64,000 bases of DNA from Felis catus (lineage: Eukaryota), in contig NC_058370.1 in NCBI RefSeq assembly GCF_018350175.1, positions 118,668,001 through 118,732,000 of the forward strand, written 5' to 3'. Positions 57,334 to 64,000 of this stretch are shown one piece after another. The first letter of the stretch is position 1, and the number at the start of each line of letters is the position of its first letter. The notes beneath the pieces are model-generated. The model did no database searches. It had not been told where the DNA came from and saw nothing but the letters and a program-made list of their open reading frames with translations. A program made the translations under genes and the position numbers.

Positions 57334-57540
57334 GGGGTGCCTGGGTGGCTCAGTCCGTTAAACGGCTGGCTCTTGATTTTGGCTCAGGTCGTGATCTTGC
57401 AGTTCATGGGTTTGAGTCCTACACTGGGCTCTGCGCTGACAGTTTCTCTCTCCCTCTCTCTCTGCCCCTCCCCCTGCTTGCACTCTCTAAATAAATGAAT
57501 AAATAAATAAATAAACATTAAAAAATATATTAAAGAAAAA
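57334..57540 (+). mobile_element. Can-SINE
   Basis: SINE consensus; TSD aagaatttcaa. Confidence 0.92.
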
Positions 57541-57629
57541 GAATTTCAAAACAGTGACAGGAGAGTATTACACTAAGCACAGGGCCCCTCCGAGAGCTGG
57601 GCCCCTGTGTGACTGCCCAGGTCACACGC

Positions 57630-58203
57630 AGTTCAGATTACTCAGACAACTTTAACAAACCGCCTCGAAACTCAGTGGCTGAAAACAATAACTTTGACTT
57701 CGCTCACGAGCGTGCCGTCTGGGCAGGGGCATGGAGACAAGCACATTTCTGCTCCATTCAGTGTGGGCTGGGGCATCTGGAAAGCTGGGGGTCGGAATCA
57801 CCTGAAGGTTTGCTCTTTCTCCTGGATGGTCCTTGGGCTGGGGAGATGTGAGCGGCTGAAGGCCAGAACAGCCGAGGCTCCTCAGACATCTCGCTGTCCG
57901 TGGTTTCTCCAGTCTTTTCGGCGTGGTAGCTTCAGGGACGCCAGACTTCTTCCACGGCAGCTCAGGGCTTCAGACGCGCATGTCTGCGTGTAGGGAGAGA
58001 GAGAGGGAGAGAGAACCAGAACCGGGTACAAGCTATGTCACCTTTGAAGACCCACACTTGAAAGTCACGTAGCATCATTTCAGCTCTTCATTAGGAGTGA
58101 GTGGCTGAGTCCAGATCATATACAAGGAAAGGCAAATTTGACTCAATCCTTCGTGGGAAGAAGTGTCAAAGAATTTGCAGACATGTTTTTTCAAACCAGC
58201 ACA
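57630..58203 (-). mobile_element. Old MaLR MLT1 LTR
   Basis: taacaaaccgcctcgaaactcagtggctgaaaacaa ... aaagaatttgcagacatgttttt ... ccagcaca. Confidence 0.7.
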
Positions 58204-58584
58204 TTTGGCCTAACGGGTGTGTACATTAGTGGGACCGGAGGGTGCTTCTCCTTTATGCCTGAGTTGCCAGCCCCAGAGAGTCCTCTTTTAAAAGGCAACT
58301 CGTAGTGGATGATAACACATTAAGCCTGGATAATAGGTTTGGACAGCTCTGAGGGATTTAAATTACTTCAGTGCCTCCTGTAGGCGTAGGTCCTGGCAGA
58401 AAACAGATGGGGGTGGGGGGGTGCGGTAGTGTGGGGTATACCCACACCATCTGAGGGTATCCAGGGAGGGGTGGGGATGTGTGAAGCCACTGCAGAGCAG
58501 TCCAAGAAAACTTCTGGAGGGGAAGAAGGCATTATTGTACAGCCAGGCATGGGATTTTACAAGATATGTAAAATCTTGTGTCAT

Positions 58585-58811
58585 TTATTTATTTAAAAAA
58601 AAATTTTTTTAACGTTTATTTATTTTTGAGACAGAGAGAGACAGAGCATGAACGGGGGAGGGTCAGAGAGAGGGAGACACAGAATCTGAAACAGGCTCCA
58701 GGCTCTGAGCTGTCAGCACAGAGCCCGACGCGGGGCTCGAACTCACAGACCGCGAAATCATGACCTGAGCCAAAGTCGGCTGCTTAACCGACTGAGCCAC
58801 CCAGGCGCCCC
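58585..58811 (-). mobile_element. Young felid Can-SINE
   Basis: CpG-rich; TSD aaatcttgtgtcattt. Confidence 0.95.
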
Positions 58812-59689
58812 AAATCTTGTGTCATTTAACCCTTACCACACCCCACGAGAGGTCCGCCTCACGTGCCACACGAGAACCCGAAACACAGAAGTCACACAGC
58901 TACTGCGTTCCAGAGCCAGGATTTGGATTCAGGCAGCCTGAGGTTAGGGCCCCTTCCCTTACACTTTGGGCTGTGCCACCTATGCCTTATAATTCTGTGT
59001 TTCTCTTTCTCTTAATCATTGCTTAACATCTGTATCTTTTCCTACTTATATATTTGCAAGCTTTAAGAAAAAAAAAAGGAATAAGTACTTCTACTTCATA
59101 CTCTCATCTCACTTATAAGAGTGCCTCACATATAGTAGGTGCTCAATAAATATTGAAGAACTAAATACACTTAATCTTCATTCTACAAACTTAGTATTTA
59201 TACTTGCCTTCCCTACAGATGCTCACCCTCCTGGCCTTTGTCATGAAAAGTCTTTGACATCTGGTGCTACCCATGCTGTCCTCTGTGGCATCTGGTCCCA
59301 GGATCTATACTTTCTGGCATTCTCCGTCTGGCCTCTTTCGGCCAGCTGGCCCTCTCAGCCATTATGTGCCTCTCCTTCCGCCTTAGAGAACCCTCAGCTG
59401 AACCTTGCCATCACCACCCCCGAAACCCAGCAGCACTCTGGATACCAGACCCCTTCACCTATATCGTCCTTCAGCCATTGTTTCCTGGGTGCTCCGGTGC
59501 CCTGCGGGCAGGACCTTCCCTCTAACCCTCCTGGCTAAGGCACACATCCCTGCAGTTCTTGCATTTCCACTCAGTCTCCATGGACTTTCTGTTGAGATTT
59601 CTGTCTTGAACCCCCTGTTGCAGTAGGCAGTGGTGTTGAAACCCTACTTGCCTCCAGTCCTCACTTGTCCCACTGCACTTGACTTACCA

Positions 59690-61098
59690 TATCCTTCGTG
59701 ATACAGAAGTTTAAACCCTTGATATATTCAAATCTATTTTTTCCTTTAAGACTTATGAGTTTGTAGTATTTACATTTTTTATGTTTACTTTTGAGAGAGA
59801 GAGAGTGCATGCACGCGAAAGCTGGGGAGGGACAGAGAGAGGGGAACAGAGGATCTGAAGCAGGCTCTGTAGAGAGCCCTATGCGAGGTTCAAACTAACC
59901 TCGTGAGATCATGACCTGAGCTGAAGTTGGATGCTTAACCGACTGAGCCACCCAGGCGCCCCAGTATTTATCATTTTTTATTGCTCCGTCTTATAATGAG
60001 ATTTGCTTAGCCATTGCTTAAATGTTAGACAATGTCAGGTTGTTTGTTTCTTTGACTAATATTTATAGCACAGTTATAGATATCTTTGTAGTTTCTTTTT
60101 CCATTTGAGTTCTTCCCTATGTAATCATCAGGATGGTGTTATTGGGTCCGAGTTTCATGGCAATTAATACATATTTGCAGATTACCTCTCTAGAAACGTT
60201 TCAGGTTTGTAGTCCCTCAAGTGATATAGGTTAATCCTCACTGATTCAAATTATGTAATGGTTATAGGACTATTAAAATTTGCTATTTCCTTTTCCATCA
60301 GTTTTGCTACTAAGTTTTTCTAGGAAATTAGCTCTATCCTCTAAGAAGTTTTCAAATTCCTGCTGTTTCTATAGTTATGTCCCCATTTTCATTTCATTTG
60401 TACCTTTTCTCTTTGTTCTTAATGCGAATTGTCAGAGGTTTGTCTATTGAATTAGTCCCTTTTTAAATTTATTTTTTTATTTTTTATTTTTTATTTTAGA
60501 GAGGGGGAGCAGAGGGAGAGAGGGAGAGAATCTTAAGCAGGCTCCATGCTCAGCATTCAGCCCAAATCAGGGCTCGATCCCACAACCCTAGGATCATGAC
60601 TTGAGCCAAAACTAAGAGTCAGAAGCTCAACTAACTGAGCCACCCAGGTGCCCCTGTATTAGTCCTTTTATTTTTTTTTTTAATTTTTTAAATTTTTTAA
60701 ATTTTTTTTTCAGTATATGAAATTTATTGTCAAATTGGTTTCCATACAACACCCAGTGCTCATCCCAAAAGGTGCCCTCCTCAATACCCATCACCCACCC
60801 TCCCCTCCCTCCCACCCCCCATCAACCCTCAGTTTGTTCTCAGTTTTTAACAGTCTCCTATGCTTTGGCTCTCTCCTCCTCTAACCTCTGTATTAGTCCT
60901 TTTAAAGGAACACCAGTGATGGGGCGCCTGGGTGGCTCAGTCAGTTGAGCTTCCGACCTGGGCTCAGTGTTCATGAGTTCGAGCCCCGCATGGGGCTCAG
61001 CACTGACCACTGAGAGCCTGGAGCCTGCTTCGGATTCTGTGTCTCCCTCTCTTTCTCTGCCCCTTCCCTGCTCAGGCTCTGTCACCCTCTCTCAAAAA

Positions 61099-61137
<39 letters not shown>

Positions 61138-63930
61138 ACATTAAAAAAATTATTAAAAAATAGAAAAGAAACACCAGTATTTGGCTTTGCTGCTCTTCTC
61201 TATCGTGTTCCTAATTTCTGCCATCTTTTATTACTTTATTTCTTAGTTTATTCTGTTTTACTAGCTTGTTGAGTTGGAAGGTTTAACTCATTAACTTTTA
61301 GTCCTTTCTTCTAATATACACTTTGAAGTCAATCCATTTTCCCTCTGATACTACTTTGATTACCTATCTTGTTTTCATGCATATCCTCCCAGTATTATCC
61401 AATTCTAACTATTCAACAGTTTCCATTATGATTTTCTTCTTTGATCCACATACAAGTATGACTTCTAAATTTCCATATACGTGAGATTTTTTACATAATT
61501 TTTGTTATTGCTTTCTAATGTAATTGTATGTTAGGCATATAATACAGGGTGAGACAGAGTCTTTTTTTTTTTTTTTCCTCTAACGTTTATTTTTAAGACA
61601 GAGAGAGACAGAGCATGAACAGGGGAGGGTCAGAGAGAGAGGAGGCACAGAATCTGAAACAGGCTCTAGGCTCTGAGCTGTCAGCACAGAACCTGACCCG
61701 GGGCTTGAACTCACGGACCAAGAGATCATGACCTGAGCTGAAGTCGGCCGCCTAACCGACTGAGCCACCCAGGCGCCCCAGGCATATACTTTTTTAGTGT
61801 TTATTTATTTTTTGAGAGAGAGAGAGACAGAGTGTGAGCAGGGGAGGGGCAGAGAGAGAGAGGGAGACACAGAACCCGAAGCAGTCTCCAGGCTCCGAGC
61901 TGTCAGCACAGAGCCCGATGCGGGGCTCGAATTCACAAGCTGTGAGATCATGACCTGAGCTGAAGTCAGCCGCCCAACTGACTGAGCCCCCCAGGCGCCC
62001 CCATTTAGCCCAGGCATATTAAATGTTTTATTCAAACTTCTACATTCTTACTAATGTTTAGTCTGCTTAATCTTTCAAATACTAAATGAGATATGTTAAA
62101 TTCTCTACCATGATGGCAGATTCGACTTTTCTCCTTGTAGTTCTGCCTGTTTTGTTTTTAAAGGCTTTATTTTTTTAGCGCAGCAAAATTGAGAGGGAAG
62201 TATGGAGATTTCCCATATACCTCCCCACTTCAGCCCCTCATGCACAACTCCCTTATTATCAACATTCCAGACCAGAGAGTCCAATCTTTATGACGGTNNN
62301 NNNNNNNNNNNNNNNNNNNNNNNNNNNNNNNNNNNNNNNNNNNNNNNNNNNNNNNNNNNNNNNNNNNNNNNNNNNNNNNNNNNNNNNNNNNNNNNNNNNN
62401 NNNNNNNNNNNNNNNNNNNNNNNNNNNNNNNNNNNNNNNNNNNNNNNNNNNNNNNNNNNNNNNNNNNNNNNNNNTCCACCCCAGCCCCTAGCAAACACTG
62501 ATGTTCTGTCTCCATAGTTTAGCCTTTTCCAGAATGTCAGATAGTCNNNNNNNNNNNNNNNNNNNNNNNNNNNNNNNNNNNNNNNNNNNNNNNNNNNNNN
62601 NNNNNNNNNNNNNNNNNNNNNNNNNNNNNNNNNNNNNNNNNNNNNNNNNNNNNNNNNNNNNNNNNNNNNNNNNNNNNNNNNNNNNNNNNNNNNNNNNNNN
62701 NCCTTCTACTGAAGGATATCTTCTTTGCTTTCAGGTTGTGGCAATTATGAATAAAACTGCTATAAACATCTGTGTGCAGGTTTTTGTGCGGACGTAATTT
62801 TTCAGCTCCTTTCACTAAATGTGAAGGAGTGCAATTGCTAGATTGTGTGGTAAGAATATGGTTAGCTTTATACGAAACTGCCCAAGTGTCTCCCAAAGTG
62901 GCTGTGCCGTTTTGCATCCCCCCAGCCACGAATGAGAGTTCCTGCTGCTTCACATCCTTGCCAGCATTTGGTGTTGTCAGGGTTCTGGATTTTGTCTGGA
63001 TTTTGGCAATTCTAATAGGTGTGTAGTGTTATGCCAGTTTTTATTTTGGATGTTCTGAGGTTACGTTATTAGACACACACAAGTTCAGGATTATGTTACC
63101 CTCCTATGGGATTCAAGTTTTATGAATTTTGTAATGACATTCTTTTATTTATAATCATGCGTTAAAGTCTAGTCAATAAAGCTATAGTAGCTTTCTTTTG
63201 TCTATTGTTGCTTTTTTTTTTTTGAGAGAGAGAGAGAGTGCCGATGCGTGTGCAAGCAGGGGAGGGGCAGAGGGAGAGAGAATCCTAAGCAGGCTCCATA
63301 CCCGGCACAGATCCCGGCACTGGGCTCAGTCTCAAGACCGTGAGATCATGACCTGAGCTGAAATCAAGAGTTGGATGCTTAACTGACTGAGCCACCCAGG
63401 CGCCCTTCTACTTGCCTTTCCTTTTTAATTTTTTTTTAGTTTTTTTCTCTTGTAATGCCTTTCTTTGAATTGATTTTTTTTTTTAATTCCATTCATTTTT
63501 CCTCTGGTGGTTTGAGGTCATGCATTCCATTTCTATTTTTTTTAGTGGTTATCCTTAAAACTTTTACATGCGTATTTAACAAAGTTGCTCAGTATGTCTA
63601 CTTTCTTCCCAAACAACCGTCCGCACCTTACGTCTTAATGTTGTCTAATATTGTAGCTCAGGCCACCTTTTCTGCCCCCTGTATTAACATAGTTGTCAAT
63701 CTATGTTTGTTTATATTTTCCCAAATACTTTCTGATTTCTTTTCTGCTCACCATTTCCCCCCGCATTTCAAATCCTTTGGGGATCACTTTCCTTTTTCCT
63801 GAAACAGATACCTTAGAATTTCCTTTACTGGAAGAATGTTGGTGGCATATTCTCTAATTTGTTGTTTATTGAAATTGTTTTTATTTCACCTCATTCTTGA
63901 AAGATAATTTTGCTGAGACTGGAGTTCTAG
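59690..63930 (-). mobile_element. Old L1 remnants with multiple Can-SINEs (about 59775-59962, 60465-60654, 60921-61165, 61562-61779, 61790-62002, 63212-63405)
   Basis: T-rich antisense L1 text and the L1 ORF2 C-terminal-like piece KQQELSFVAGGMQNGTATLGD; SINE consensus matches. Confidence 0.75.
60671..60887 (-). mobile_element. Short, young 5'-truncated felid L1 3' end
   Basis: T-rich tail then gaaatttattgtcaaattggtttccatacaacacccagtgctcatccc; perfect 17-bp TSD ctgtattagtcctttta at 60654-60670 and 60888-60904. Confidence 0.9.
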
Positions 63931-64000
63931 AATGGCAATCTCCCCACCGCCGCTCCCCACCCCCACCCCCTTCCCCCTGCCTTTCTCAATGTGTTAAGAT

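Overview
Mammalian, most likely felid, genomic DNA: dozens of tRNA-derived Can-SINEs of the cat type, and a draft assembly with many N gaps. The segment is syntenic with human 2p23.3 and shown here in reverse order. Four protein genes can be reconstructed exon by exon with GT-AG junctions and consistent phases: TCF23 (-, 3 exons, 210 aa), PRR30 (+, single coding exon, 399 aa), PREB/SEC12 (+, 9 exons, exon 1 partly in a gap) and ABHD1 (-, 9 exons, 405 aa). A CpG island at about 55 kb is, by synteny only, the non-coding first exon of CGREF1. A decayed SNRPB (SmB') retrocopy lies upstream of TCF23. The first 5 kb is a dead class I endogenous retrovirus. It is a mosaic: HERV-W/ERV9-like gag-pro-pol, a first env TM remnant with its own polypurine tract, then a second IN C-terminus with an ERV3-like env and 3' LTR. 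It also carries a nested solo LTR and shows signs of G-to-A hypermutation. The rest is L1, L2, CR1, MaLR/ERVL LTRs, carnivore solo LTRs and DNA-transposon relics. I did not find a convincing new functional system. The most unusual items concern retroelement history and possible co-opted regulatory sites. Family names for repeats are from memory, not from a database search.
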